Shown: positions 1-9,717 of the stretch, in pieces
How the letters are laid out: each line of letters begins with the position of its first letter
Numbering within the stretch: the first letter of the stretch is position 1
DNA from: an uncultured bacterium
GTDB lineage: Bacteria > JACRDZ01
NCBI GenBank assembly: GCA_964457585.1
Contig: CAYWFU010000007.1
Location: 5,275-69,274 of the forward strand
Direction of reading: 5' to 3'
Length of the DNA stretch: 64,000 bases
Notes under the pieces: generated by a model
The model's database searches: none
Told to the model about the DNA's origin: nothing
The model's input: only the letters and a program-made list of their open reading frames with translations
Position numbers and translations under genes: made by a program

Positions 1-681
1 AGAAAAGATGGCTTATCTCCACAGAATGCCATTACCTTAATTTTTCCTTTTTCTAAACCAGACGATGAACCTGTTACTGTTAAGGAAACATACAAAGGTC
101 CTATAACTGACAGAATAGCGAGTCTTGATATATCATTCAAAATACCTAATAAATTTATTTCACCTATTGGTTTATCAGGAATGAAACTTTACTGGGAATA
201 TGGAGCTGAAGATTTTGAAAATATTGATAAACTTTATAGATTTCCCTGGTTTGGAGCTGCCAGTGATATAATTGGAATGTATGTTGATTCTGGAACAACA
301 GATTTTAGAATTGAATATACAACTATGAAATCTACTGATCGAGTGTATTGGTACAGCCATAGCCAATTTAAGGATGGGTACAGACATTATGGGCAAATAA
401 TAGGACATCATCTTGGAGGATGGGGAGATGATATTTTTTTCAGGATTACTCATCCTATAAAAAATAATTTGAAATTTATTTTTGATTTTGATCAGGAAAA
501 ACTTGCTCGTGAAATAAATGGTGAATTTAATTTAAAAACGCACTATAATATAGGATTGAATTATAAATTATCAGATGAAACAGAGTTAATTTTTAATAAT
601 AGATTTGAAATATTAAAACCATTTGATTCTGATTCATCAAATGAAACTATTTCTCAATTGGGAGTAAAATATAGTTTTTAA
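1..681 (+). CDS. outer-membrane beta-barrel protein, 5'-truncated at window edge (possibly capsule-assembly Wzi-like)
   Basis: Frame 1 is open from nt 1 with no stop before the annotated Met at 181, so the gene begins upstream of the window. C-terminus ...LGVKYSF ends in Phe as OM beta-barrels do. Amphipathic strand pattern. Sits next to wzz. Confidence 0.5.
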   Translation, partial: RKDGLSPQNAITLIFPFSKPDDEPVTVKETYKGPITDRIASLDISFKIPNKFISPIGLSGMKLYWEYGAEDFENIDKLYRFPWFGAASDIIGMYVDSGTTDFRIEYTTMKSTDRVYWYSHSQFKDGYRHYGQIIGHHLGGWGDDIFFRITHPIKNNLKFIFDFDQEKLAREINGEFNLKTHYNIGLNYKLSDETELIFNNRFEILKPFDSDSSNETISQLGVKYSF

Positions 682-777
682 ACTCCCCTGCCCCTCTTTG
701 AAAAAAAGAGGGGAATAAAGAGGTATTATGTAGACTTAATTCTGTGGTGCTGTACTAAGAAAAATAAGAGAGAAATT

Positions 778-1173
778 ATGAAAACAAAAAAGAGTGTTAA
801 TGCAACTAAACAAAAAAAAAATGAACATGAAATTGGATGCAGACCATGGGGGAAATATATTGTTCTCGATGAAGGGGAAAAATATAAAATAAAAAAAATA
901 GTTGTAAATCCTGATGGGAAATTAAGCTTGCAAAAACATATCCATCGGTCTGAACATTGGATTGTAGTAAAAGGTAAAGCAAAAGTGACAATTGGGGATA
1001 AAAAAATAGTCATTAATGAAAATGAATCGGTTTTTGTTCCTAAAACAACCTATCACAGACTTGAAAATGAAGAAAAAATACCATTAGAAATTATTGAAGT
1101 TCAGAATGGAGAATATCTTGGAGAAGATGATATTATTAGGGTAGAAGATATTTATGGAAGGAATAAGGTATAG
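778..1173 (+). CDS. cupin-domain protein, mannose-6-phosphate isomerase type II C-terminal-like
   Basis: RPWGKY...HIHRSEHWIVVKGKAKV...ESVFVPKTTYHRLEN...IIEVQNGEYLGEDDIIRVEDIYGR matches the cupin_2 domain of ManC/PMI. Too short to be full ManC. Confidence 0.65.
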   Translation: MKTKKSVNATKQKKNEHEIGCRPWGKYIVLDEGEKYKIKKIVVNPDGKLSLQKHIHRSEHWIVVKGKAKVTIGDKKIVINENESVFVPKTTYHRLENEEKIPLEIIEVQNGEYLGEDDIIRVEDIYGRNKV

Positions 1174-1232
1174 GAATAGTTGTCCTAATTTAATTATTAA
1201 ACAATCCGATGATTTAAATTGAAAGGTATAGC

Positions 1233-2492
1233 ATGATACAGCCTGATGAGCATTTAGGGAAAAAAGGAAATGAGATAAATTTAATAGAGCTTCTGGTAAT
1301 TATTATAAAATACCGCTGGATGATTATAGGTTTTACTTTATTAGCAAGTATTTTAACAGTTATTTATAGTTTAAAACTACCAAATATTTATAAGGCTACT
1401 GCAAAAATTTTTCCGCCAGCAAAAGAAAGTTCATCATTAAATGCACTTGCTTCACAACTACCAGGGGGGATGGCTTCTATTGCAAGCGGTGCTTTAGGTA
1501 TAAAAGATCCATCAGAATTATATATTGGTATGTTAAGAAGTCATGCTATAAATGATAAAATTATAGAAAAATTTGATCTTATGAAAGTATATGAAGCCAC
1601 ACACATTAATGAGGTTAGAGGAATAGTGGAAGGTAATTCATCTTTTGAAGCAGATAAAAAGAGTGGGATAATAAGTATTAGCGTTGAAGACGAATCTCCT
1701 GAAAGAGCGGCAGGTATTGCAAATGAATATGTGAATTTGCTTAGAGGATTAAATAATAAAATAAATTTAACTTCTGCACAAAAAGAGCGGATATTTTTAG
1801 AGCAGAGATTAAAAATAGCTAAAGATGAATTAGTAACAGCTCAGGAAAATTTTAAAAAATTTCAACAAGAGAATAAAGCCATAGATATTTATGTTCAGGG
1901 AAAATCTGTTATGGAAGCAGGAGCTAGCCTTCAAGGATTAATTATTGAGTCAGAAGTAGAATTAAAATCATTGCAAACTTTATTAAGTCCTGACAGCGCT
2001 CGAATTAGGGCGCTAAAGGAAAAAATAAAAGAGTTAAAAAAACAATTAAAAGGGATAGAGGGAAATAATAATATTTTATTATCTGATTCAGATAATATTT
2101 CAAGTAAGTTTTATACTCCAATTAGTGATATCCCAGCAATTAGTGTTAAATATGCAGATTTATTTCGTGAAGTAAAAATACAGGAAACATTGTTCGAAAT
2201 TTTAATAAAACAATATGAATTAGCTAAAATTAATGAAGCAAGAGAATCTTCAAATATTCAAGTTCTAGATTTAGCAGAAGTTCCAGGGAAAAATGAAATA
2301 ATAAGACCAAAAAGAAGGCGGATGATAATGATAGTTAGTTTTTCAGCTTTCTTTTTAAGCATATTTTTAGCTTTTTTTATAGAATGGATAAAAAAAATAA
2401 ATCAAAATGATCCTGATGGATATCAAAAATTAAATATGATAAAAAATAGTATTACTACGGATTTTAAAAAAATATTATTTTGGAAGAATTAA
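1233..2492 (+). CDS. wzz: polysaccharide co-polymerase / chain-length determinant (Wzz-type, no kinase domain)
   Basis: N-terminal TM (LIELLVIIIKYRWMIIGFTLLASIL), long periplasmic coiled-coil region, C-terminal TM (MIMIVSFSAFFLSIFLAFFIEWI). Typical PCP-1 architecture. Confidence 0.75.
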   Translation: MIQPDEHLGKKGNEINLIELLVIIIKYRWMIIGFTLLASILTVIYSLKLPNIYKATAKIFPPAKESSSLNALASQLPGGMASIASGALGIKDPSELYIGMLRSHAINDKIIEKFDLMKVYEATHINEVRGIVEGNSSFEADKKSGIISISVEDESPERAAGIANEYVNLLRGLNNKINLTSAQKERIFLEQRLKIAKDELVTAQENFKKFQQENKAIDIYVQGKSVMEAGASLQGLIIESEVELKSLQTLLSPDSARIRALKEKIKELKKQLKGIEGNNNILLSDSDNISSKFYTPISDIPAISVKYADLFREVKIQETLFEILIKQYELAKINEARESSNIQVLDLAEVPGKNEIIRPKRRRMIMIVSFSAFFLSIFLAFFIEWIKKINQNDPDGYQKLNMIKNSITTDFKKILFWKN

Positions 2493-2540
2493 AAAATTTA
2501 GTGTTAAGATTTCGATCATTAAAAAAAAACAAATAGAGGA

Positions 2541-3557
2541 GTGAATGTGTTAAAAGGTAAATCTATACTAGTTACTGGAGGAACAGGTTCATTTGGTAAA
2601 AAATTTGTAGAAATAGTCTTAAATAAATATCCTGAAATTGAGAGATTAGTTGTTTATTCTCGAGATGAACTTAAGCAATTTGAGATGACCCAGATATTTT
2701 CAGATAAAAAGTTTCCTCAGTTAAGATATTTTATTGGTGATGTAAGGGATAAAGATCGGTTATTTCGTGCTATGGAAGGAATCGATATTGTAGTTCATGC
2801 TGCTGCACTGAAGCAGGTACCTGCTGCTGAGTATAATCCATTTGAAGCAGTGAAGACTAACATTATTGGCGCTCAAAATGTAATTGAAGCTGCTATTGAC
2901 AGAGGAGTTAAGCAGGTAGTAGCTTTAAGTACAGATAAAGCTGCTGCGCCCATTAATCTGTATGGAGCTACAAAACTTTGTTCAGATAAGATTTTTGTTG
3001 CAGCTAATAACTTTAAAGGGAAACATGATATTAAGTTTTCAGTTGTTAGATATGGAAATGTTTTAGGGAGCAGAGGGAGTGTTATTCCATTTTTTATAGA
3101 AAAACGCAAATATGGAGTTGTACCTATCACTGATAAACGAATGACTAGATTTAATATTACTTTAGATGAAGGTGTGAAATTTGTTCTTTTTGCGTTAAAA
3201 AATATGTGGGGAGGAGAGATATTTATACCTAAAATACCAAGTTATCGTATTTTGGATGTAGCAGAAGCTATTGCCCCTGGTGTAAAACAAGAAATAGTGG
3301 GTATTAGACCAGGTGAAAAATTACATGAGGAAATGATTACTGAGACAGATGCATTAAATACTGCAGAGTTCGATAATTATTATGTTATATTCCCATCTTT
3401 GCAATTATGGTCAATAGAGGATTTTATAAGAACATTTAAAGGAAATATGTGTCGGGAAAATTTTAAATATAACAGTGAAATGAATACTGATTGGCTTACT
3501 GTTGAAAGGATAAGAGAATTAATTAAGCAACATATAGATCCAAATTTCTTAGCTTAA
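2541..3557 (+). CDS. pseB: UDP-N-acetylglucosamine 4,6-dehydratase (inverting), PseB
   Basis: ILVTGGTGSFGK Rossmann motif and YSRDELKQFEM, closely like Campylobacter PseB/FlaA1; ~336 aa. AGGAG at 2535-2539 suggests the real start is the GTG at 2547 rather than 2541. Confidence 0.8.
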   Translation: MNVLKGKSILVTGGTGSFGKKFVEIVLNKYPEIERLVVYSRDELKQFEMTQIFSDKKFPQLRYFIGDVRDKDRLFRAMEGIDIVVHAAALKQVPAAEYNPFEAVKTNIIGAQNVIEAAIDRGVKQVVALSTDKAAAPINLYGATKLCSDKIFVAANNFKGKHDIKFSVVRYGNVLGSRGSVIPFFIEKRKYGVVPITDKRMTRFNITLDEGVKFVLFALKNMWGGEIFIPKIPSYRILDVAEAIAPGVKQEIVGIRPGEKLHEEMITETDALNTAEFDNYYVIFPSLQLWSIEDFIRTFKGNMCRENFKYNSEMNTDWLTVERIRELIKQHIDPNFLA

Positions 3558-3569
3558 TAGTGAATAAAT

Positions 3570-4736
3570 ATGAGAAATTGTATTCCTTATGGACATCAAT
3601 CTATATCTGAAGAAGATGTTGATGCTGTTATTGAAGTGTTAAGATCTGATTGCCTTACACAGGGTCCAGCGATTGAACGCTTTGAAAAAGCTGTTGCAGA
3701 TTATTGCAACACAAAATACGCGGTAGCGGTAAACAGCGCTACATCTGCGCTTCACATTGCATGTATTGCTGCAGGATTAGGGAAAGGGGATATTTTATGG
3801 ACTTCTCCTAATACATTTGTAGCTTCTGCAAATTGCGGATTATATTGTGGAGCTTCAATAGATTTTGTAGATATAGACTCTCATACATATAATATAAGTA
3901 TAAACGAACTTAAAATTAAATTGAAAGAATCAAAATCAACAGGAAAGCTTCCAAAGATAGTTATTCCTGTTCATTTTGCAGGACAGTCATGCGATATGGA
4001 AGCTATTTCACGTCTTGCAAAACAATATGCTTTTAAAATTATTGAAGATGCATCACATGCAATTGGGGGGGCTTACCAGAAGAGTCGAATAGGGTCATGC
4101 TTTTTTTCCGATATGACTGTTTTTAGTTTTCACCCGGTAAAAATTATTACAACTGGCGAAGGGGGAATGATTCTAACCAACTCCAGGGATTTGTTTAATA
4201 AACTTGTTCTTTTACGTTCACATGGGATTACTAGAAATACTGAATTTATGGCGGGGGAAACACACGGACCATGGTATTACCAGCAGATTGAGTTGGGTTT
4301 TAATTATAGAATGACAGATATGCAAGCAGCTCTTGGGTATAGCCAGATGAAGCGTATTGATGATTTTGTATATCGTCGTAATTATTTGGCAAATCGATAT
4401 ACCCAATTAATGAAAGATTTACCTTTATCTTTACCTTATCTAGATGTAGATTCATATTCAGCTTATCATTTATATGTTATATGTTTAAAGCTGGATAAGA
4501 TTAATAAATCTCATCGTCAAGTATTTGAAGAACTCAGGAGTGCGGGTATTGGTGTGAATTTACATTATATTCCAGTGCATACACAACCTTATTATCAAAA
4601 ATTAGGTTTTAAAATAGGGGATTTCCCAGCAGCAGAAAAATATTATTCAGAAGCGATTAGTTTACCTTTATTTTATTCGCTTAAAGAAAAAGATCAAGAT
4701 TATATTATTAATTCCATAATAGAAGTATTAAAATGA
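3570..4736 (+). CDS. pseC: DegT/DnrJ/EryC1 PLP-dependent aminotransferase, PseC-like
   Basis: IPYGHQSISEEDVDAV...LTQGP N-terminus and overall DegT-family fold; immediately follows pseB; stop overlaps next start (ATGA). Confidence 0.75.
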   Translation: MRNCIPYGHQSISEEDVDAVIEVLRSDCLTQGPAIERFEKAVADYCNTKYAVAVNSATSALHIACIAAGLGKGDILWTSPNTFVASANCGLYCGASIDFVDIDSHTYNISINELKIKLKESKSTGKLPKIVIPVHFAGQSCDMEAISRLAKQYAFKIIEDASHAIGGAYQKSRIGSCFFSDMTVFSFHPVKIITTGEGGMILTNSRDLFNKLVLLRSHGITRNTEFMAGETHGPWYYQQIELGFNYRMTDMQAALGYSQMKRIDDFVYRRNYLANRYTQLMKDLPLSLPYLDVDSYSAYHLYVICLKLDKINKSHRQVFEELRSAGIGVNLHYIPVHTQPYYQKLGFKIGDFPAAEKYYSEAISLPLFYSLKEKDQDYIINSIIEVLK

Positions 4737-5461
4737 AAATAGTTATAATTGTTCAGGCGAGAATGACATCTGTTCGATTGCCAGGTAAAGTTTTAAAAGA
4801 AGTGCTTAATAAACCACTGTTAGAATATCAAATAGAAAGACTCAAACGTGTAGCTTATAAAGATGAAATAATAGTTGCAACAACTTTAAACAATACTGAT
4901 CAGCCGATTGTTGAATTATGTAATAAATTATTAATATCTTTTTATCGCGGACCAGAAGATGATGTGTTATCCCGTTATTATAATGCAGCTTTATATACAA
5001 ATGCGGATGTTATTATTAGAGTAACTTCGGATTGTCCTATCATTGATCCAAATGTAATTGATAAAACCATACGTTTTTATCTTGATAATAATTCTAAATT
5101 TGATTATGTTTCTAATTGCTTGAAACGTACTTATCCAAGAGGGATGGATACTGAAGTTTTTCCTTTTAGAGTATTAAAAGAAGCTTATAATGAAGCAACA
5201 AAAAAAATGGAGAGAGAACACGTTACTTCATTTATTCATAAACAACCTGACCGTTATCGTTTAGGTAATTTTTTTTATTATCAAGATAAAAGTAATCATA
5301 GATGGACAGTTGATATGCCTGAAGATTTTGAACTGATAAAAAAGATTATTGAAAATCTTTATATGAAAAATCAGGAATTTACTTTAGAAGATGTATTAAA
5401 AATGTTTGAAGAAGATCCTAATCTTTTTTTAATAAATGCACATATTGAACAAAAAGTTTGA
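4733..5461 (+). CDS. pseF: nonulosonic-acid cytidylyltransferase (CTP_transf_3; PseF by synteny, SpsF/KdsB-like sequence)
   Basis: MKIVIIVQARMTSVRLPGKVL N-terminal nucleotide-binding motif of the KdsB/NeuA/SpsF superfamily; sits in the canonical pseB-pseC-pseF position. Confidence 0.6.
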   Translation: MKIVIIVQARMTSVRLPGKVLKEVLNKPLLEYQIERLKRVAYKDEIIVATTLNNTDQPIVELCNKLLISFYRGPEDDVLSRYYNAALYTNADVIIRVTSDCPIIDPNVIDKTIRFYLDNNSKFDYVSNCLKRTYPRGMDTEVFPFRVLKEAYNEATKKMEREHVTSFIHKQPDRYRLGNFFYYQDKSNHRWTVDMPEDFELIKKIIENLYMKNQEFTLEDVLKMFEEDPNLFLINAHIEQKV

Positions 5462-5490
5462 AATAAATTTTTTTTAAAGGAGCCTGATAA

Positions 5491-6111
5491 ATGGGAAATT
5501 TTAAAACAGAGCAAGAAAAGTTTTGGGCTGGTAATTTTGGAGATGAATACACCTCTAGAAATCAAGGTGTAAAATGTATAGCCAGCAATCTTGCATTATT
5601 TGCAAAGATTCTAAATGAAACCAAGACTATTAAATCTGTAATTGAATTTGGTGCAAATTTAGGATTAAATTTATTAGCGATTAAACAACTTTTACCAGAG
5701 GCTAAGTTATCAGCTATAGAGATTAATTTAAAAGCAGTTGAGTATTTAAATAAAATTGACGATATAAAAGTTTACCATAAATCAATTCTCGATTTTTTAC
5801 CTGAATGTAATCACGATTTAGTGCTTATCAAAGGGGTATTGATTCATATCAATCCTGACAGCCTGCCACAAGTTTACGATTCGCTTTATAATACAAGCAG
5901 TCGTTATATTTGTATTGCTGAATATTATAATCCAAGTCCAGTTGAAGTTATTTATAGGGGTGAAAAAGGTAAATTGTTTAAACGTGATTTTGCTGGTGAA
6001 ATGTTAGATAGATTTAAAGACCTTCAGTTGGTTAATTACGGTTTTGTTTATCGCAGGGATGAAAAATTTCCGCAAGATGATATCACTTGGTTTTTATTAG
6101 AAAAAAAATAA
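5491..6111 (+). CDS. SAM-dependent methyltransferase, pseudaminic-acid-biosynthesis-associated methylase-like
   Basis: Motif I VIEFGANLGLNL; ~200 aa. Placement inside the pse cluster matches the Pse-associated methylase family as I recall it. Confidence 0.5.
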   Translation: MGNFKTEQEKFWAGNFGDEYTSRNQGVKCIASNLALFAKILNETKTIKSVIEFGANLGLNLLAIKQLLPEAKLSAIEINLKAVEYLNKIDDIKVYHKSILDFLPECNHDLVLIKGVLIHINPDSLPQVYDSLYNTSSRYICIAEYYNPSPVEVIYRGEKGKLFKRDFAGEMLDRFKDLQLVNYGFVYRRDEKFPQDDITWFLLEKK

Positions 6112-6138
6112 TTAAATTATAAGTATTGGAGATAAAAA

Positions 6139-7284
6139 ATGAATTATTGCAAGAGATGTGTTATGCCTGATACAAAACCGGATCTTTATATAGATCAGGA
6201 AGGCGTTTGTAATGCATGCAGGAGTTATGAAAATAGGAAGAGTATTAATTACGATCAACGTAAAAAAGAATTATTAACAATACTTGATAAATATAGATCA
6301 AAAGATGGAAAAAATTGGGATTGTATTATACCTGTCAGCGGGGGAAAAGATAGTCATTATCAAGTTATTAGAATGCTTCAATTTGGAATGAATCCATTAT
6401 GTGTAACAGCTTCAACATGTGACCTTTCAGAAATTGGGCGAAAAAATATTGAAAATATAAAAAAACTTGGAGTGGATTATTTGGAATTTTCTCCAGATAA
6501 AATCATAAGAAGAAAACTAAATCGAATAGGTTTAACTCAAGTTGGAGATATCTCATGGCCTGAGCATGTAGGGATATTTACTATTCCCGTAAGAGCGGCA
6601 GTTCAATATAATGTTCCTTTACTTATATGGGGAGAAAATTCGCAACATGAGTATGGTGGACCTGCATCTGCTAGTGAAAATAATATATTAAATAGGCAAT
6701 GGCTTGAAGAGTTTGGAGGGTTATTAGGATTACGTGTTTCTGATATTATTGGTTTGGATGGAATAGAAGAAAAGCATCTTATTCCTTATAATTATCCTGG
6801 TGATGAAGAACTTAAGAGAATCGGCGTTACAGGAGTATTTCTCGGGCATTATATTCCATGGGATGGTTATTCAAATGCTTTAATAGCTCAGGCTCATGGG
6901 TTTACAACATTGAATACTACTGTTGAGGGTTCTATTGTAAATTATGAGAATTTAGATAATTATCATACGGGTATTCATGATTATTTTAAGTTTTTGAAAT
7001 TTGGTTTTGGCCGTGCAACTGATATAGCCTGTCTTCATATAAGAAGAGACCGTATTACCCGTCAGGATGGTATTGAGTTGATAAATAAGCATGATGGTAA
7101 ATTCCCATGGACATATTTAGGAAAACCTATTGAACAGATTCTTTATCCGCTTGACCTAACGATTGATGAGTTTATAAAAATCTGTGATCGCTTCACAAAT
7201 AAGAAAATATTTCGTACAAATTCAAAAGGTGAGTTGTGTAAGGATAAGCATGGTAATTTAATTCTTATTAATAGTTGCAAATAA
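6139..7284 (+). CDS. N-acetyl sugar amidotransferase (WbuX/PseA-like, PP-loop ATPase)
   Basis: N-terminal Cys cluster CKRCVMPDT...CNAC, PP-loop SGGKDS. Accompanied downstream by HisH-like and HisF-like genes, as in the WbuX/Y/Z triad. Confidence 0.75.
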   Translation: MNYCKRCVMPDTKPDLYIDQEGVCNACRSYENRKSINYDQRKKELLTILDKYRSKDGKNWDCIIPVSGGKDSHYQVIRMLQFGMNPLCVTASTCDLSEIGRKNIENIKKLGVDYLEFSPDKIIRRKLNRIGLTQVGDISWPEHVGIFTIPVRAAVQYNVPLLIWGENSQHEYGGPASASENNILNRQWLEEFGGLLGLRVSDIIGLDGIEEKHLIPYNYPGDEELKRIGVTGVFLGHYIPWDGYSNALIAQAHGFTTLNTTVEGSIVNYENLDNYHTGIHDYFKFLKFGFGRATDIACLHIRRDRITRQDGIELINKHDGKFPWTYLGKPIEQILYPLDLTIDEFIKICDRFTNKKIFRTNSKGELCKDKHGNLILINSCK

Positions 7285-7347
7285 CCCAAGTTAAAGTATT
7301 GTTATAATAAAAAATTATTAATATAGTAAAAAGAAAGATGAAAAGTT

Positions 7348-8292
7348 ATGCATAATTTACCATTTCCAAGAGTTATCCGAATAGAACCGGCTAGCTTATG
7401 TAATCTAAAATGTTCACATTGTCCTACAGGGACTATTAAATTAGAACGTGGGATAATGGACATAACAACATTTCAGATTGTTATTGAAAATATAAAAAAA
7501 AATATTGATTTTATAAAAGTAGCAGTAATGTATCATGGAGGGGAACCTCTTATTAACAAAGACCTGTCCATGATGATATCAGAAGTAAAAGATATAGGTA
7601 TCCCCTTTGTAAAGACTGTATCAAACGGAATGTTTCTAAATGAAAAATCGACTGAAGCTTTAGTTAAAAGCGGGTTAGATAGTATTGAAATTTCCATTGA
7701 TGCAACAAGTTCAGAAATTAGCGATTTTGTTAGAAAAAATAGCAACTCAAAAAAAATAATGGAGAACATAAAAAGATTTATATCTATTAAAGATGAGTTA
7801 AAATTAAGCACTCCAGAGGTTTTTATTGCTACAACCCAATTCAAAGACAAAGCATCTACATTTGTTGAAGCTCAGGTTCCTAAATACCTTCTGGATGAAT
7901 TTCGGGATTTATATAAGGAGAAAAAGCTTAATTTCATATCGACTTACGCAATGCTATGGCCTCACATGGAAGTAGACACATCAATATATGATGTATTTTG
8001 TATTAAAGAGTCAAAAGGAGCCAATGATACCTGCGATCACCTTAATAATACTATGACAATAAGATGGAATGGGGATATTGTCCCTTGTTGTTATGACCTT
8101 ACAAGTAGATATGTGATTGGCAACATCCATTCTGAAAAACTTTCAGAGATATGGAATAATGCTAGGCACAAAGCAATAAGGGATGGAATATTAAACAAAA
8201 AGTTCATTGGGCCTTGCAAGAGTTGCAATATGGTATTACCTGGTAATTATATATCATTGAAAGAAGAAGTAATACGCAGAGTCACAGGATAA
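7348..8292 (+). CDS. radical SAM enzyme with C-terminal SPASM/twitch-like Cys-rich domain
   Basis: CNLKCSHCPTG (Cx3Cx2C) near N-terminus; C-terminal NGDIVPCCYD...GPCKSCN auxiliary-cluster motif. Confidence 0.75.
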   Translation: MHNLPFPRVIRIEPASLCNLKCSHCPTGTIKLERGIMDITTFQIVIENIKKNIDFIKVAVMYHGGEPLINKDLSMMISEVKDIGIPFVKTVSNGMFLNEKSTEALVKSGLDSIEISIDATSSEISDFVRKNSNSKKIMENIKRFISIKDELKLSTPEVFIATTQFKDKASTFVEAQVPKYLLDEFRDLYKEKKLNFISTYAMLWPHMEVDTSIYDVFCIKESKGANDTCDHLNNTMTIRWNGDIVPCCYDLTSRYVIGNIHSEKLSEIWNNARHKAIRDGILNKKFIGPCKSCNMVLPGNYISLKEEVIRRVTG

Positions 8293-8296
8293 TATT

Positions 8297-8911
8297 ATGA
8301 GCTTGATTGTAATAGATTATGGTATGAGCAACCTTGGATCAATAAGACGTTCATTTGAGGAATGCGGTGCAGACGTAATTGTTTCTGATGATCCTCAAGA
8401 TTTGAAATTAGCAAGTCATATTGTACTTCCCGGTGTAGGTTCGTTTTCAGATGGCATGATAAATCTCCAGAAAAAGGGATGGGTACATTCTATTAAAGAG
8501 GCGGTTGTTGAAAAGCAAATCCCTTTACTTGGTATTTGTCTAGGGATGCAGCTACTTGCAGACAAAGGCTATGAGGGTGGTAATATTACAGGTCTTGAGC
8601 TGATACATGGGGAAGTTAAAAAATTAGAAACTAATTCTCAATCAGAAAGAATTCCGCATGTGGGATGGAATGAAATTATTAAAAATATTTCATCTCCGCT
8701 TTTTTATGAAATACCGGATAGATCGGATTTTTATTTTGTTCATAGTTATCATTTTATACCTAATCAAAGAGAAAATATTTTAGCTTTTACACCATATTGT
8801 GATAATTTTGTTTCGGCTGTTGTAAATAATAATGTTTATGGAGTACAATTCCATCCGGAAAAAAGTGGACGTTTTGGAATGCGGCTTCTTAAAAATTTTA
8901 TTAATATATAA
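8297..8911 (+). CDS. imidazole-glycerol-phosphate-synthase HisH-like glutamine amidotransferase (WbuY-like)
   Basis: Class-I GATase motifs GICLGMQLL, HVGWN, FHPEKS. Confidence 0.85.
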   Translation: MSLIVIDYGMSNLGSIRRSFEECGADVIVSDDPQDLKLASHIVLPGVGSFSDGMINLQKKGWVHSIKEAVVEKQIPLLGICLGMQLLADKGYEGGNITGLELIHGEVKKLETNSQSERIPHVGWNEIIKNISSPLFYEIPDRSDFYFVHSYHFIPNQRENILAFTPYCDNFVSAVVNNNVYGVQFHPEKSGRFGMRLLKNFINI

Positions 8912-8926
8912 GGAGTTAGTAAAAAA

Positions 8927-9715
8927 TTGTTAAAAGTTCGTTTGATACCTACTTTACTATTGAAGGATGTTGGTTTAGTAAAAGGTATTGGTTTTAACAG
9001 CTGGCGCAGAGTTGGTACAGTTATGCCCGCAATCAAGGTTTATAATACCAGACAAGTGGATGAGCTTATTATTGTTGATATTACGGCATTTAGAGAAGGT
9101 CGTTTACCAGATTGTGATCAAATAAAAGATTTTTCAGCGGATTGTTTTGTACCTTTAACCATAGGCGGCGGGATACGTAGTTTTGATGATATAAGGAATT
9201 TACTTCGTGCCGGAGCAGATAAAGTATGTATCAATAGCATAACTTATGAAAAACCTGAATTTATCAAAGAAGCTGCAAATAAATTTGGTTCGCAGTGTAT
9301 AGTTGTAAGCATTGATGTGGGGAAAAAAAATGATGGAAGTTATGAGTGTTTTAGTTATTCAGGATCAAAATCAACAGGAAAAGATCCTGTAACTTGGGCT
9401 AAAGAGATTGAATCTTTAGGTGCGGGAGAATTATTAATCACATCTATTGAAAGAGATGGAACTATGCAGGGATACGATTTAGAGTTAATTAAAAAAATTA
9501 CTAAAAGTGTAAATATTCCAGTAATTGCTTCAGGTGGTTGTGGAAATTATAATCACATGTATGAAGTTATATCTTATTCCGGAGCTTCTGCTGTAGCAGC
9601 AGCAAGTATTTTTCATTTTACTCATCAAACACCAATGGAGGCAAAGCTTTTTTTATCATCTAAAGGAATGCCGGTAAGAAACGTAAATATTAATAAGAAT
9701 ATAATAGAGAATTAA
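8927..9715 (+). CDS. HisF-like cyclase subunit (WbuZ-like)
   Basis: MLKVRLIPTLLLKD N-terminus like HisF (RIIPCLDVKDG), (beta/alpha)8 pattern, GGGIRS. TTG start. Confidence 0.85.
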   Translation: MLKVRLIPTLLLKDVGLVKGIGFNSWRRVGTVMPAIKVYNTRQVDELIIVDITAFREGRLPDCDQIKDFSADCFVPLTIGGGIRSFDDIRNLLRAGADKVCINSITYEKPEFIKEAANKFGSQCIVVSIDVGKKNDGSYECFSYSGSKSTGKDPVTWAKEIESLGAGELLITSIERDGTMQGYDLELIKKITKSVNIPVIASGGCGNYNHMYEVISYSGASAVAAASIFHFTHQTPMEAKLFLSSKGMPVRNVNINKNIIEN

Positions 9716-9717
9716 TT

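Noticed and set aside
175-453. Minus-strand 92-aa ORF
   Set aside because: Lies entirely inside the + strand outer-membrane-protein gene, whose frame is open from nt 1; antisense-shadow ORF.
778-1173. Possibility that this is a full-length ManC (mannose-1-phosphate guanylyltransferase)
   Set aside because: Only 131 aa, corresponding to the C-terminal cupin/PMI domain; no nucleotidyltransferase domain present upstream (only 96 nt gap to the previous gene).
2873-3130. Antisense ORFs inside pseB, and the similar ones at 4218-4406, 13144-13449, 19112-19369, 19809-20054, 24521-24775, 30309-30629, 32731-33009, 36806-37078, 44217-44513, 44857-45153
   Set aside because: Each is embedded antisense within a gene that has clear family motifs; no RBS or conservation argument supports them.
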